Of a stretch of 64,000 nt of DNA, positions 44,003 to 57,710 are shown piece by piece. The notes below the pieces were generated by a model, which had not been told where the DNA came from, searched no databases, and worked only from the letters and a program-made list of their open reading frames with translations. The stretch comes from the human T2T-CHM13v2.0 reference genome, Homo sapiens. Position 1 is the stretch's first letter. Each line of letters starts with the position of its first letter. The stretch lies in the NCBI RefSeq assembly GCF_009914755.1, contig NC_060930.1; one strand, written 5' to 3'. Position numbers and translations under genes: made by a program.

Positions 44003-44862
44003 CTTTAAAATCGGAGGAAAGCTAGTGAAAAATATCACTTATCCAGCATTCCACCCCAAAGTCTAAAGTAATAGTGTTTTCTCATTCTTTAAAGTTTTCT
44101 ATTTTTCCAGCTTCTGCACAATACAGCTGGGTGGCTTTGTAACTGGTCAAATTAAGTCAGTAACAACCTGGGAGAAGTAACTGTGAGTTAAGGGGCTCCA
44201 TACATGTATCTGTCCAGCTCATTTAGGTACCTGATATACACTATGCAGTAAATCAATTAATTTATCAAACAATAAATCTATAGCTTTATTACTTATTTAA
44301 AAATAATAAACTTTAAAAAAATATGTGTGGAGGTCAGAGAAAGGAGTCTTCATGTGAGCTGGAAAAGTCAGGGAAGGCTTCATTCACTGAGAAAGGAGGC
44401 TCTAAGCTAGCAAAGAATGAATAGGCTTTAGAGAAGGTGATGGAAAGAAGAAGCTTCTGGAATAAGAAAAATGTCTTATTCCCTCACATTCAGAAGTACC
44501 TAAAACATGTCTTAAGCACTATCTGAAGGAACAAAGGCTGTAGATATACAACACGTTAAGTGGCCAAGAGTAGATCAAGCTATTATGTAAAAACTAAAGT
44601 TGGATAGGTAAGGTGGTACCAGAAAATGCAGAGACCCGTAAGTCACATAGATATATTTAGATCTAATACAGAAAAGCAAAAACTAGTCACTGTAGATTTT
44701 TAAAGCAGTAATAATATGAAAAAACTTTAAAAACATAAAATACTTCATTAATTTGCATGACGTCCCGTACAAGGGCATCCTATATGCATCTTTTTCTTTT
44801 TGCTGACATGGAACAGCTGGCTGTATTTCATCACTAAGTACAAATCACAATTATTAACTCAC

Positions 44863-44935
44863 TGGTAGGGCAGTGATGATCAAACCAATTGCATTCATCC
44901 ATGCTGTAATGTTCTCTCTTGGCACTAAAGGCTGA
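44863..44935 (-). CDS. MED23: MED23 exon (SQPLVPRENITAWMNAIGLIITALP)
   Basis: 73 nt, ttgcag/gtgagt. Confidence 0.95.
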
Positions 44936-45480
44936 CTGCAACCGGCAAAAAAGAATGTAAGTATGAATTTATAAAAACATTTTAGATGGCTGACAACGGA
45001 TCTTATTTTTAAAGAATATGTCTAATTCAGAGGATCGACAACTAATCCATTTCAATAAAACAATGGGGAATTTTTTATTGAATAAAAATGTAATATGCAT
45101 AAAAACTCAAGAAGGCTTTTTAAAAATACTTCCTCCCCAATCATTATCCCATACTTCATGCTAATTTTTAAAAGAATCTTGAAATCTTGAAAACAAGATG
45201 AAGAGAATCTTGTTTTAAGTGACAAGTTAACATTATTCCTATATTAAATGTCAAACTGCTATTAATGAGTAGAAGTAGGAACAAACCCGGATCTTAGGAT
45301 CCTGTCCAGGGCTCATTCCATAACTCCTATATCACAAAGACAAGATCTGGAACCAGAAAACAGTCATCATCCAATGTGCATCAGCCTTGCGGCAACAGGT
45401 TTGTCTTAAAAGTTTGAAATAGAATACCATTCTATTTACAAATAAACAACAAATCTTACTGCATGAACCAGAATACATAC

Positions 45481-45646
45481 CTTTTTAGGACAACATTTAG
45501 AAGGGCATTCCCAACTTCTTTGCCTGAAACTGCCAAGGCCATGAGCTCCACACAAGTAACATGGAGAGCATGGGCAGCTGGGTTGGGAAACTCATTGAAT
45601 CTCCAGTCACAGTTTGGAAAGGGACCAGGAGATTTGCCAGCCATCG
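45481..45646 (-). CDS. MED23: MED23 exon (TMAGKSPGPFPNCDWRFNEFPN...VVLK) after AC acceptor
   Basis: 166 nt; frame restored only with the AT-AC intron. Confidence 0.95.
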
Positions 45647-46573
45647 GTGCACACAGTTAAAGCAATAACAATTGGACTATCTCATCTGATTGTCAATTTA
45701 TCTGATTATGAGCTGCCAAGAAGTGATTTGTCTACGCTTAGAGAGATTAAGAGGCAAATGCAAACCAAATACAAATGAGTTTGACATGATTGAAATGTAT
45801 TAAAAGCAACCATTTGATTAACCACAGGTATAAATGGTTGGTCTTTCAGGTGGGTTCTTATAAATATGACATATAATAGCCACAGATGCAACCAAGGTTT
45901 ACCTAGGTTTCATGAGCCTATTTCTTTTAATAGTTATAAGACATTAATATGAAAATTATTTTCTAATGAGTCATTCTTTTGCTTCAGAAAATAAATTCCT
46001 TTGTGTAGGAAAATAAGTCATGCTCATTTATGTAGAATTTCTTACCTAGTAAAATAGTGGTATGGTTATAGACATTAAGTATAGAGTGCTAATAACTGAA
46101 AATATAAAATCAAAATGAAGAAATAAACATCCAAGTATATTTTCACTAAAATATACCTTTTCAATAAAGAAAAATATATTTTATCATTTATTATTTACTA
46201 CAAACATTAATTTTTTTAAAGTAACAAGATCCTACGTTCTCCAGTAGCACACAGATGCATGTGCTACAAAATATAGTATGTAAGAATAAGATTTTTTCTT
46301 TGAAACAAATCTCCATAAAGTCTATTTTTAAATATAATTTTTTTACCGCTTATCCTCAAGTTCTAAAATAAAAATTTTAACAGAATTTCAGCCTAATTGG
46401 CATGATGCTGTTAATTTAAGATTTCAAATCTTTACAGAGATGAAAATGGAAGTGATCTTAAAAAAAATTAAAACCTTGAAATACATAAAAAATTACTTTA
46501 AAAGAAAAAATATATTCTCATAAATCAAAATACTGTTATTTCTGGGAGTCTAAAATCACAATAAAAAGGATAT
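45647..46573 (-). other. MED23: U12-type (minor spliceosome) AT-AC intron of MED23
   Basis: 5' site ATATCCTTT, branch-like TGCTTTAAC close to terminal CAC. Confidence 0.93.
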
Positions 46574-46810
46574 TATCGACTAGTCTGCCAATCAATCTGC
46601 AATAGTAGGTGTCATCTGGAACCCAAGGATTTTCCTCTCGTGCATTCATAGCGCATTTCAGGTAAGTGTCACTTAGACACCAGCCCTGCGGTCGATTATC
46701 CTTCAGAGAGCCAATGATCGCATGGACGAGTTTTCGTTTGAGAAATGCGCGGTCTCTCAGGTGCATTTCATAATAGTGCAGAGTGTTATACAGATAAGTC
46801 ACTGGACGAT
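46574..46810 (-). CDS. MED23: MED23 exon (DRPVTYLYNTLHYY...RLIGRLVD)
   Basis: 237 nt; ggcag acceptor; AT donor. Confidence 0.95.
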
Positions 46811-48417
46811 CTGCCAAGAAAAAAACATACCACCACAATGTTTAACTGGTTACTAATAACTGTGAAAAACTGATCAACTGCTTTCCAGATAACTGAAAAA
46901 CAGCTCAGAAGATTTATGAAACAACTTCACATGCTGGGCAATTGTATACTATGAATATTTTAATCTGAGGAGAGGCAGAAGGCTCAGAATGTTTCTAGTA
47001 ATATACAGTTTGTATTTATATTTGTTTTTATTTAAGTGGAAGCAATTCCATTTCTGAAAATTTATCCTGCATAAATTTTAATCCCTTGACATACAACAAG
47101 GGATGTCATTGCAGCCCTGTTTATACTAGCGAAAGATGAAAAACAGCCTAAAAGGTCAAAAACAGGGGACTGATAAAGTAAATCTGGCATGTATGAGGCA
47201 GCTCTTTACGTACTAATACAAATGACCAACCCTAATACATGATAAAGTTGAAACAAACAGGGTACAGAACACTTGTGTTAAAACAAACAAACAAACAAAC
47301 AAACAAAAAAAACCAGCCAGGATATCTAAGAGGGGATGGCAAGAGACTGGTAACACTGGCTGCCTACGAAAGAAACTGGGTAGCTGGAGGCCAGGATGGG
47401 ACTAATTACCTTTCACTGTATACTCCACCCCATCAAGTATGTATATTACCTAATCCAAAAGAAAAATGTTTTTAAAAGAACGCTCACTTGAACTTTATGC
47501 CTATTCTACCATGTTAACACACAATTCATACTTCTGCTCTGAGGGAAGGTATCTTAAAGATGAAGCAGGACTGCCTGCCAGACAAACACTTTGTTCCCAG
47601 AGTGGCTGCTCCAGGACCTTCACATTTCTGTCACTGACCCTGCCACTCTCCAGTAACTATGCTTAAAATTTTAGTTGTCTTTTTCTTTCAATATTCTCCT
47701 TATAACCAGCCAATCAAGTCCTGTTCCTTCTTTTGTGACCATTTGTCCCTTTTCTCTCATTTTCAATGCAACCACTGTTGCTTAGATACTAATCACACAA
47801 CTGAGCTTTTTGACATGTCCTTGTAATGGCTTCATCCTAAGACTGCTGCCAACTATAACTGGATGTATCTTTCTGAAATAATGTTTCCTATGCCATGATC
47901 ATACTCAATAACTTCCAGTTGATTATTATCTGCAATTACAAAATCAGCCTAGCATTCAAGGTGATCTACAGTTAGGTACAATCTGTCTTTCCAATCTTAT
48001 TTCTAGAACTCTCTGGTAAGAATTTTCAATTCAACCCAATGTAGCAATTTTTCTTCAAATATACTTTATCTCCTCCATGATTTCCCCCAAATGATCCCTT
48101 CTGCCTCGTGTGCTATATTTTCCCTGCTGCTGCTATAAATTGGATGCATCAAGTCCAAATCCTACCCATCCAAGAAGGCCGCCAAGATCTGTTTAGTTTA
48201 CAGTAACATCACCCTGTTCTGAACTCATACTTTTGTTTATATTTTTATGTTGTATATTTTATACTTCATGGCACCATCCATAGTACTTATCCTCAAAACA
48301 CTTCATTTTTAAAATATTTAAAATAAAACCTTTAGAGCCACTATTACCATGTGGTCCTGCCCATCCTACTTTTGATAATGGAGGTATTAGACGAAATTAA
48401 AATTGGAAAAAGCTCAC

Positions 48418-48634
48418 CATGAAATTTATATAAGCCTCCTAGATGATCCAGTAGAGTCTCCAGTGATTTGGATACCGGAAGCAACTCTAAAAATCTGTGG
48501 ATTACTATATCAAATACTGGAAGGAATCGAAGACACACATTCCCAAAATAGATGGGCAGATAGGGAGACTGGATCTGTACAGGAGGATCCACCTGTTCCG
48601 CGAGGCCCTCAAAATACAACTTCTCTGGATATTT
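48418..48634 (-). CDS. MED23: MED23 exon (KYPEKLYFEG...GGLYKFH)
   Basis: 217 nt, cacag/gtgagc. Confidence 0.96.
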
Positions 48635-48988
48635 CTGTGGAATTGAGAAGATGATAAATGGTTAGAGCATTTTTTAAAAAATTCTCTTAAAAGAGCTAAA
48701 TGTGAAAACATTGTTTAGATTTTTTTTTGCAAGGAAACATTTAAAATTATACTTGATTATACTTTACTTCTTTTTATAGAAGTCCTTATGTCCACTAAAA
48801 CTGCAGTTTCAATTTATTCTCAACATTATAGAAACTCTCAAACCTTGAAGAAGTTCAGAGAGCTAACTTACTTCTATATAGACAAGAGAAAAAACATTAG
48901 AACCAGAGAGAAAACGGCCAAATCACTTCATCAAATACTCAAGTATGGCTTTAAAAGGACTATTTGAAATACCAATTAGGACTAGTAC

Positions 48989-49159
48989 CTTGTGATAATT
49001 CATGTGCTTGGTGTGCCAGTCATTCTGTAACCAGTGCTCTGGGGAATTTTCCTTCACAAAGTCACTTACTCGATTTCTAAAATCGTTTGGTTTGAGTAAC
49101 AGCAACTGAATTATGAAATAACAAACCTGGGCTTCATTTCCTTCGTGACTACGCATGGC
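48989..49159 (-). CDS. MED23: MED23 exon (AMRSHEGNEAQVC...HMNYHK)
   Basis: 171 nt, ag/gt. Confidence 0.96.
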
Positions 49160-49665
49160 CTTTGAAAAACAACAGAAAAATTATATGAAAATGTTCAACC
49201 TGTGTAAAATCATGAGGGCCATCTGAAAGCCTAGATTTTAACAAAGTAAAATCTCACTATTATAATTTCCTTAGACGTCTAGTCTATCCCAAACCAACTG
49301 TTCAGTATTCCCCAAACATATATGACCTTTCTTGCCTATTTCTGGCTTACCATTCCTTCTGCCTGGGATGTCCATCTTTACTTTTAAAAATTTAATCTAT
49401 CTTTCACAGCTATCACCTAAGCAGATAAGATTTCTCACTGTTTCCTAGAAATATTTTTTCTACACCTCCATCTTATCCTGACATCTTATTGATTTATAGA
49501 CTTACATTATTCCCCCTAAAATATAATAACTACTTTTATATCTATGCTCCACAGCTAAGGGGTTAACGTTAAACTATGCCACTCCAAATGTCACCGCCAT
49601 AGAATTTTTTTCAATGTAGCATTTTCCAGCCTACTTCAATATCTTTTTAAAGAAATCTACCCGAA

Positions 49666-50059
<394 letters not shown>

Positions 50060-50274
50060 TTATATTCGCACTCTGTAAAGAAACACAGTGACTTACTGCT
50101 ACTTCCTCCCTCTAGTGGGAGTTTTGGAGAATCAACTCAGGGTCTAATTGCTCATATTTTCAAAGTATCACAAGGCTAGGACCACATCTATTTTATTTAC
50201 TTCTGTACCTTCTATACATAGAACACAGTTGATATTCAATATGTACTTATTAAATGAATGAATAAGGAAATTGG

Positions 50275-50596
50275 GGCTGGAAGCAGTAGCTCACGCCTGT
50301 AATCCCAGCACTTTGGGAAGCTGAAGAGGGAGGATTGCTTCAGCCCAGGAGTTCGAGACCAGCCTGGGCAACATGGAGAAACCCCATCTCTATAAAAAAG
50401 TTAAAAAGAAAAAAAACTAGCTGGGTATGGTAGCATATGCCTGTACTCCCAGCTACTCAGGAGGCTGAGGCAGGAGGAGATTGCTTGAGACCAGGAGGTT
50501 GAGGCTGCAGTGAGCCATGATCACGCCACTGCACTGGGCGACAGAGCGAGACCCTGTCTCAAAAAACAAACAAAAAAACAAAAACAAACAAAAACA
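50275..50596 (+). mobile_element. Alu (J-like)
   Basis: Full dimer, (CAAA)n tail, TSD GAAATTGG. Confidence 0.9.
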
Positions 50597-50757
50597 GAAA
50601 TTGGAAAATTTCCGGCTCTTTAGGGAAGTGACAGCAATGCTTGATATAGTATAAATTCATTAAATCCTTCAAAGCAATATAGAGCAGATTGGCATAACAT
50701 ATATTAGTCATACATCTTGATCTAAGAGAATAAGCTTAGAAATGTATTTATTCTTAC

Positions 50758-50938
50758 CAGGCAGAGAATTAATCTGTCCAGTGTAACAATGTTATACTTC
50801 CATACCATGTCATTAAGAATTTCAATGCATTTATTGAGTTGCTGACCCCCTGCTGATGTAGAAAACTCATATACCAGGAAATCTGCAAATGTCCTCACAT
50901 GGGCTACCAAGGCCCTGGCTCCAATTCTCTCTAATACT
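50758..50938 (-). CDS. MED23: MED23 exon (VLERIGARAL...DRLILCL)
   Basis: 181 nt, ccag/gtaaga. Confidence 0.96.
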
Positions 50939-51026
50939 CTGGAAGGCAGAGAGTAAAACATAAACTCCATTGTTGTATGGATACAACAATTTGCCAAATG
51001 GAATGCAAATTAGGTTTTTGACTTAC

Positions 51027-51232
51027 CTATAGCCAATCTGATTAATATGATCTGTTTCCAAGAGCATTTTCCAGAGAAGACAAAGAAAGAGAGGAGGGGA
51101 GCCCTGCATAGAGAAGTGGGTAATAATGTCGTTTTCGTTGCTCATTGACTTCCACTTCCTATACTCCTCCTCCACATTTTTTTTCAGATTAAAACGGCTT
51201 TCCTGAGGCACATTATTTTGTTTGAAGAATGC
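51027..51232 (-). CDS. MED23: MED23 exon (AFFKQNNVPQ...NQIGYR)
   Basis: 206 nt, ttag/gtaagt; 88-nt intron to the next exon. Confidence 0.96.
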
Positions 51233-51589
51233 CTAAAAAGAGGATTAGAAGTTTATTTCATTGGTTATAGTAGAAAGAGCACTGGATATGGAGTTAATAA
51301 ACCAGTTCTAGACTTGATTCTGACACTAATAAACTCTAGGTCACCTTGAGCAACTCAGCAATTAAGGCCTGAATTTCTGTGTCTGGAAAATACATAAGCT
51401 TGACTAGATTATCTCCAAGATTCCTTTTCCTAGATTTCCTAAATGGAAATTCTAAGTAAGCCTGAATTCAAAGCTTCTTCAATCATCTGTTGATACTTCC
51501 GCCAATCTTAAAAAGAAAAAAAAGAATGAAGTGTCTCTACCCTTTGGCTACATATGTTAGTGTCTTTGAGGAAAATCCATTGCACTAGC

Positions 51590-51770
51590 CCAGTGATTCT
51601 CAGAGTGTGGTCCCAACACCAGCGGTATCAGCATCATCTGGGTCTTACAAGAAATGCAAAATTCTCAGACCTTATCCCAGATTTACTGAATCAGAAGCTC
51701 TGTGGCTGGGGGCCCAGCCAACTGCAGCTTAGCAAGCCCTCCAGGTGATTTGGTAAGTTTAAAAACCAAA
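51590..51770 (+). mobile_element. MER5A-like hAT element
   Basis: CAGTGATTCTCAGAGTGTGGTCCC...AAGCCCTCCAGGTGATT. Confidence 0.8.
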
Positions 51771-52214
51771 TGCTCTAGCCCTACCAGGAGTTATGAAAAA
51801 TGGATGTTCATCATGCCTAACATTTTTTCTGAAAAGGAGAAGACAGATGAGGTTTGCCTTTCTCCTTATTAGAAAAGCCAGGTTTACAGTTTTTCTGTGA
51901 TTAAGAAAAAAATTCAGTGAAGTGTCATATTACGCACACTCTGTGAAGCTCCATTACGTTATACTTCTCCCCATTTCAGTTCTATGAGAGAGAAAAAAGT
52001 TTTCAGGTACTATGTTAATTTTCATGAGATTCTAAAACCATTAACTATTTTTTTCTCTTTTTCAATTTTTTTCACTTTTATTTTTTTCCTCTTTCTACTC
52101 TTCCTCCCCTTAAAACTGTTAACTAAGATGAAACCATAATAATTAAATTTTTAGAAACATGTCCAGTACCAGAGTAGGACACAGAACAACTTGAGAGATT
52201 TTGTAAGTAATGAC

Positions 52215-52379
52215 TTTTTTTTTTTTTTCTACAGACAGGGTCTGGCTCTGTCACCCAGGCTGTGGTACAGTGGTGTGACCATAGTTCCTTGTGAACCTGA
52301 ATTCCTGGGCTCAAGCCATCCCCCTTGCCTCAGCCTCTCAAGCAGTTAAGACTAGAGGCTTGTGCCACCATGCCCAGCC
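52215..52379 (-). mobile_element. Alu right-arm monomer (FRAM-like)
   Basis: T tail, AGACAGGGTCT...GCCACCATGCCCAGC. Confidence 0.8.
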
Positions 52380-52508
52380 CCTAAATATTTTTTAAAATAA
52401 ATAAAAGCTAATTTTATTCAGAAGTCACCAAGACTCACTCTAGAACACCATTGTGAATGGGAAGAAGGATTTCATGTGCATTCAATAAGTAATTCAAGAC
52501 CAAATTAC

Positions 52509-52633
52509 CTGTAGTGGGCCTGGAAAACAGCTCAGGGTGTGTGAAGCCCAATTATGAGGAGTGAAACTCATGATGGTCTGAAGTATGTCTTTACACCAAG
52601 TTCCCTGAATTGAATCAGAGCCTGTAAAAAAAT
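52509..52633 (-). CDS. MED23: MED23 exon (DFFTGSDSIQG...FPGPLQ)
   Basis: 125 nt, tttag/gtaatt. Confidence 0.96.
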
Positions 52634-53126
52634 CTAAACATAAACAAATAGATGTAATCCAGATATAAATGATTATATCCACAATTCATAAAAGATTATA
52701 GCGAAAATAATAATTATGTACACTGAGAATTTCACTGCAGTGCATTCACTGCTTAACTAGTTATATTCAGCTTAGAACCTAAATTTGCTTAGTTTATGAA
52801 TGATCTGGATGATCACATTAGAAAATATGAGAACAGTTTATGAAAAGATGACAAAAGACATTTGAAATCTCTTTTTTTGAGGTTACAGAGTACCAGCGAT
52901 AACAGTAATACAAGCCCATCACTACTGTTCATTTACTTTGACACTGATTTAGTAGTACTTTATTCGGCCAAGGGAACAGAATAAAGAAAGATATCTTTTT
53001 TGGTGAGTGAAATAATTACATAATGCATGTATAAATCTCAGAATTGAAGAGGGTTCTTTATGTAAAACAAAATAATTTACATAAACGTATTTGAGGTTGC
53101 TAAAACCAATAACTATCTCTTTAAAA

Positions 53127-54460
53127 CATCAGTTCTCAAGTGTGGTCTGTAGACCTCTTGGGGATTCCCCAATAGCCCTTCAAAGATTCAATGAGGTCAA
53201 ATAATAATAAAAAGATATCAGGCTTTTTCACTTGGTATGAGCACTGACGGTACAAAAGCAATGGTGGTAAAACTGCTGGTCCTAAGCACAAATCAAACAG
53301 TGGTGCCAGACTAGATGAAAAGGCTTTGTATTCTCCAGCACATGCACTCAGTGAAAGAAAAGTGCCAGTGTCAATCTCGACACCTATTTTTAACATCATA
53401 TGTAACAAAAGGGGAAGCATATGCCTAGTGTTCCAAGTTTGATGGGTGTCTTGAGGAAAAACACTTGTGCACTTGTGTGACTGACTGAGCACTGAGTTAA
53501 ATCAGCTGCTTTTTTTTTTTTGAATTCCAATTTTACTTGAAAGAACGTCTGACAGAAAACTATAGCTAGCTAGACTTACGTATTTAGCAGACATTTTCTT
53601 GAAAATTAACAAAATGAGCTTGTCACTTTAAGGAAAACAAATGATAGTAACTTTTTCCAATGATAAAATTTGACCTTTCAAGTAAAAATTGAAATTTTGG
53701 AAAACCTGTATCTACCACGACATGATAGCATTCCAAAACTTAGATTTTTCTAATAAACTTTGCAGTGATATTAACAAATGTAATTTTCTGATACTGTATA
53801 AACAAAATGTCAACGTTTGCTAGATCTACGTAACTCAGTGAACCAGTATTTTCAAAATGAATAATTCATGAAGTTACAAAACATGCATGGATTTAAAAAT
53901 CCACTAAATGTATAAAACAGATGTACAGATTATAATGTAACAAAGTACATGAAGTTTACTGGGGGTTTTGGATTCCATATTGCAGCTAACCTTTAAGCAA
54001 CTATCATTTTTCCATGTGATGTCAAAGAACATTCCCAATTATCTGAAAAAGCTATTAAAATACTCCTCTCTTTCCAACCTCATCTGTGTGAGGCCACATT
54101 TTTCACTTACTTCAACTAAAACTTCAATGGATTAAATGTCTAAGCAGATGAGAATCCAAACTATGTCTTCCTTTACACCAGATATTAGAGAAGCAAAAAT
54201 GTCAAACAATGGCACCTCTTCTCACTAAAGTTTTGCTTTAGAAAATATACTTTTTTTATAACATCATATATTAACATGTAATGTTTATTATTGCTATTTA
54301 AAAACAAATTAATAAATATTTTTAAACTTCTTAATTTTAATATCTAATATAATAAATATCCATAGATATAATCCATATAAACAGAAACTCTTTGGGAATT
54401 TCAATTTTGTTTTTAAGAGTGTAAAGCAGTCCTGAGACCAAAAAGCTTAAAGTATTACTA
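53127..54460. mobile_element. Charlie1-type hAT DNA transposon (non-autonomous relic)
   Basis: Degenerate CA..GTTCTCAA terminus, GTCCTGAGACCAAAA near the other end, exact 8-bp TSD CTTTAAAA at 53119-53126 and 54461-54468. Confidence 0.85.
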
Positions 54461-54688
54461 CTTTAAAATTATGGATAGCTGAAAACGATGCTCAACGCAG
54501 TTATTAATAGAATGATGGTACACAAAAGAGCTTCCATAAATGAGTGAAATAGTGAAGATATCAAAACAACAGGCTTTTTTCAAACAAATGAAAAGTATCT
54601 TTTTAGTATGTTACAACTATAGTAATTAGTAGAATCATGGCACACTTTAATTCATCTGTTGTTGTTTGTAGTCACATATTCACCGTAC

Positions 54689-54852
54689 CTGTTACATGAG
54701 TTGCTCTAGCCAAGGTCAATATCAAGGCTCGGTTCAGTTCTTCAGATTCTGCTGAGAGCACTGTTTTGGGATCACTAAGGAAGCGTGTAAACTGCGGTTG
54801 TACCTCTGAGCTACCTAATGCTGTTATAAGCCTGAGAGCAGTGCTCTCGACA
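54689..54852 (-). CDS. MED23: MED23 exon (VESTALRLIT...ARATHVT)
   Basis: 164 nt, ttcag/gtacgg. Confidence 0.96.
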
Positions 54853-55500
54853 CTGAAAATTGGGAGAATAAAAAGAAATGTAAAAAAATTTCAGAATTAT
54901 GGAATTAAATCTAAGGTTAATTACAATGGAAAAACATGCAATCTATGACTATCCCTTCTTTAAAAAAACACTTTTGTGTGAGAATAAATGTTGCTTAATT
55001 TGTTTAAAAAACCTAATGTGTCCAATTTTATAGTGAAAATCGTGACTTTTTACACATTTGAAAAAGATGGCTTGTCGCCTATAGGACTAAAAAATTTCAC
55101 CTGGAGATACTGCATTTCAAAAATTATATTTTTCTATCTAAAATATATTTTAATGTAAAGCAAAATCAATGTGACATGATACTTTAACCATAATCTGAAG
55201 TATACTTAAAACCAGCATTCTAAAGGGCTAAGTTACAACATAATAATAAATACCCTGGAAGTACTAATTCTCAGTCCAAAGATCCTGAAGGAAGGACTCA
55301 ACTATCTTAATCAGTTTCTATTTAAAAAGCTGGACTCTGCTCCTATACTGGAAACAAAATACTTTAGAAGCAGAGAAGTTTTATGACAGATGAATAATAA
55401 TAAAAAAAAAAACTATAAGGTAAAGGTAAAGGATTAAGAACCTCATCTCCAAGAAAGTTTCTAATAAATCTTAAGGAAAGATGGTCTTCAATGAGCTCAC

Positions 55501-55675
55501 CAAAGATGGAGCTGGTTCTGGTTTGTTTGTGCAACTGCAGCCAAAGTATGAAGATGACTCAGGAGCTGAACTCTGTAATGAGGCTGAATATGATGCATCC
55601 GGTAGCTAAACATCTCAAGGAGTGTGTGTAAGATCCCCCATGCATGTGATTTGAAAACAGTTGGCAAAAGCTGAC
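55501..55675 (-). CDS. MED23: MED23 exon (QLLPTVFKSHAW...NQLHLC)
   Basis: 175 nt, ccag/gtgagc. Confidence 0.96.
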
Positions 55676-56648
55676 CTGGAGGAAAAAGACAATTTAAGGT
55701 ACCAATTATTAAAGGCTATGCATGAAAAGATATTTGAAGAAAGTCACATTGAGTAAAATATAAAGATTTGATTGTGAAAATACACACGCCCACACACATA
55801 TATATTCTCCATATTTTCTTATTTTCTACTTTAACAGTAAGGAAAAATTCAGATCCTAACTATAATATCAAGTTTGCTTTTTTCCTGGGATTTGGCAATT
55901 GATAATCATGTTTATCTGGAAAAATAAAATGAGACAAGATATGAAAAAACATTAATCTTCTCAATTCTGATATCTTTTATTTTTAGACAATTAATGTTCC
56001 ATACCTTTTGAAGTATGAGGTTCACTTTTTAATACAAAAAATTGTATTATACCTGCCCTTGTTTCCTCCTACCCCCAAGAAAGTTTTGTTCAACAATCAG
56101 TTATCTAAGAAGAGTTATTGTGGTTAAAATTAAGACTATGCTGTATTCGTGAAAAGCTGGAATTACCATGAATCAGAAAAACACTTCTATATCAGAAAGT
56201 ATCTATTATTTTAGAACTATATAATAAATGAGACATTATAATGTATCTTCTGCAAGGTAGGAAAATTCCTTCTTTATTTCCAGTCAGACTTCGTATGCAC
56301 TGGAGGACAGCATTGCTGCCTCAGGCAGAATCCATTTGCATGAGGACAGGGACCAGGTCTATCCTGCTCACTGCATCCCAGGCACCTAGCACATTAACCT
56401 TTTCTTACCACTTTACTTAAAAATGCAACAAACCCCCCAACCCTCACACTTCCTATTCCTTTTTGCTTTATTTTTCTCTATAACATGTATCATCTGACAT
56501 ATTGTATATTTCATTTATTTAATGTCCTCCTCCATAAGCTCCATCATGGTGGTGACTTGTTCTCTGCTGTGTCCCCAGGACCTAGAAAAGTAACTTTAGA
56601 GTTAATGAATGGGTTAATAGTTATAAACACCAGAAAGTCCTGTCTTAC

Positions 56649-56791
56649 TGATAAATCCTTTGATGCCCAAAGACTCTATTTCCATATAGACCAATAAACG
56701 ACTGTAAGTTTCCACTAGGGCTGGAGCCAAGGCCACACTGGACTTTGCATGAGCAAGTTTTATCACCCTGGTTGCAATGCTGTGAATAAGG
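56649..56791 (-). CDS. MED23: MED23 exon (LIHSIATRVI...LGIKGFI)
   Basis: 143 nt, ctcag/gtaaga. Confidence 0.96.
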
Positions 56792-57710
56792 CTGAGGAGA
56801 AAAAAAGGGAAGAAAATAAAAATCCATATTTTTGACATAAACATAGGGGCTACTCTACTTAGAAGTAACTTAGTATAAATCTGAACTTAAATGATTCAAA
56901 TGAAGTTGATTCATTTAATGTGTTTAAGCTGTGCAGGACACTTGGTAAGGATGCACTGCACAATCTGAGACTCATTCCGTTTCTGTGGCGCTTTCAATAT
57001 GCATACGGATCCCCCTGCTCATGGAAAAACAAACTTTGGATTCAACTCATAAGAGCATGCTTGAGGGATTTTGGTCACTCAAATGATGCATCAAAATACA
57101 TTTGGGAAATTAAATAACTTTTGTCACAGATTTACTTTAATAAATCACTGCTAAGACCCAAATGTTACGTTCTAATGGGGCTTTGCTCAAATCTGTTATA
57201 TATGCAAGTGAAGCACATGTGTAATTCTATCACAATGGTTACCATTTGAAAAAGAGCATAGCTCTACCAGGACTGATGCTCCACTTGGAGGCCCACAGAC
57301 AAATTCTCTTTGGCCTATACAGTGGTTGTTTCAAATTTGAGCCAATACTTAAAAGCTGAAAGACTACTAATAAAAAATCTGGATTTCTAGCCCTTTCCAA
57401 AAATGTTGGAAGCTCTAGCTACACTAGTCCTCATTCTTAACTATCTATAAAAAATGAAAAAAAATGTGCAAAAAATTTTTATAATGCTTATCTCTCATGT
57501 AGAGATTACAACAATTACTTTCTTTGGGTTTGTTTATCCTAGAATTCCTATAATAAAAAATATTTACTTTTGTAATAAAATAAAGCTAACTTTTTTTTCT
57601 CAAATGTACCTGACTATGAAATAATACGCACATAAAATCATGAAATAAAGGTTTATACTATACTCGTATCAATTCCCTGACATGGAACCAAATTAATAAA
57701 AAGAACATAC

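Noticed and set aside
44870-44939. Plus-strand C/D snoRNA look-alike (GTGATGA...CTGA with GCAG/CTGC ends)
   Set aside because: Coincides with the antisense of a MED23 coding exon and its acceptor, the stem overlaps box C, and no plus-strand host intron is evident; would be revived only by small-RNA reads
46536-46580. Apparent missing GT donor, suggesting a MED23 truncation or pseudogene
   Set aside because: Resolved by the AT-AC U12 intron; the frame is intact
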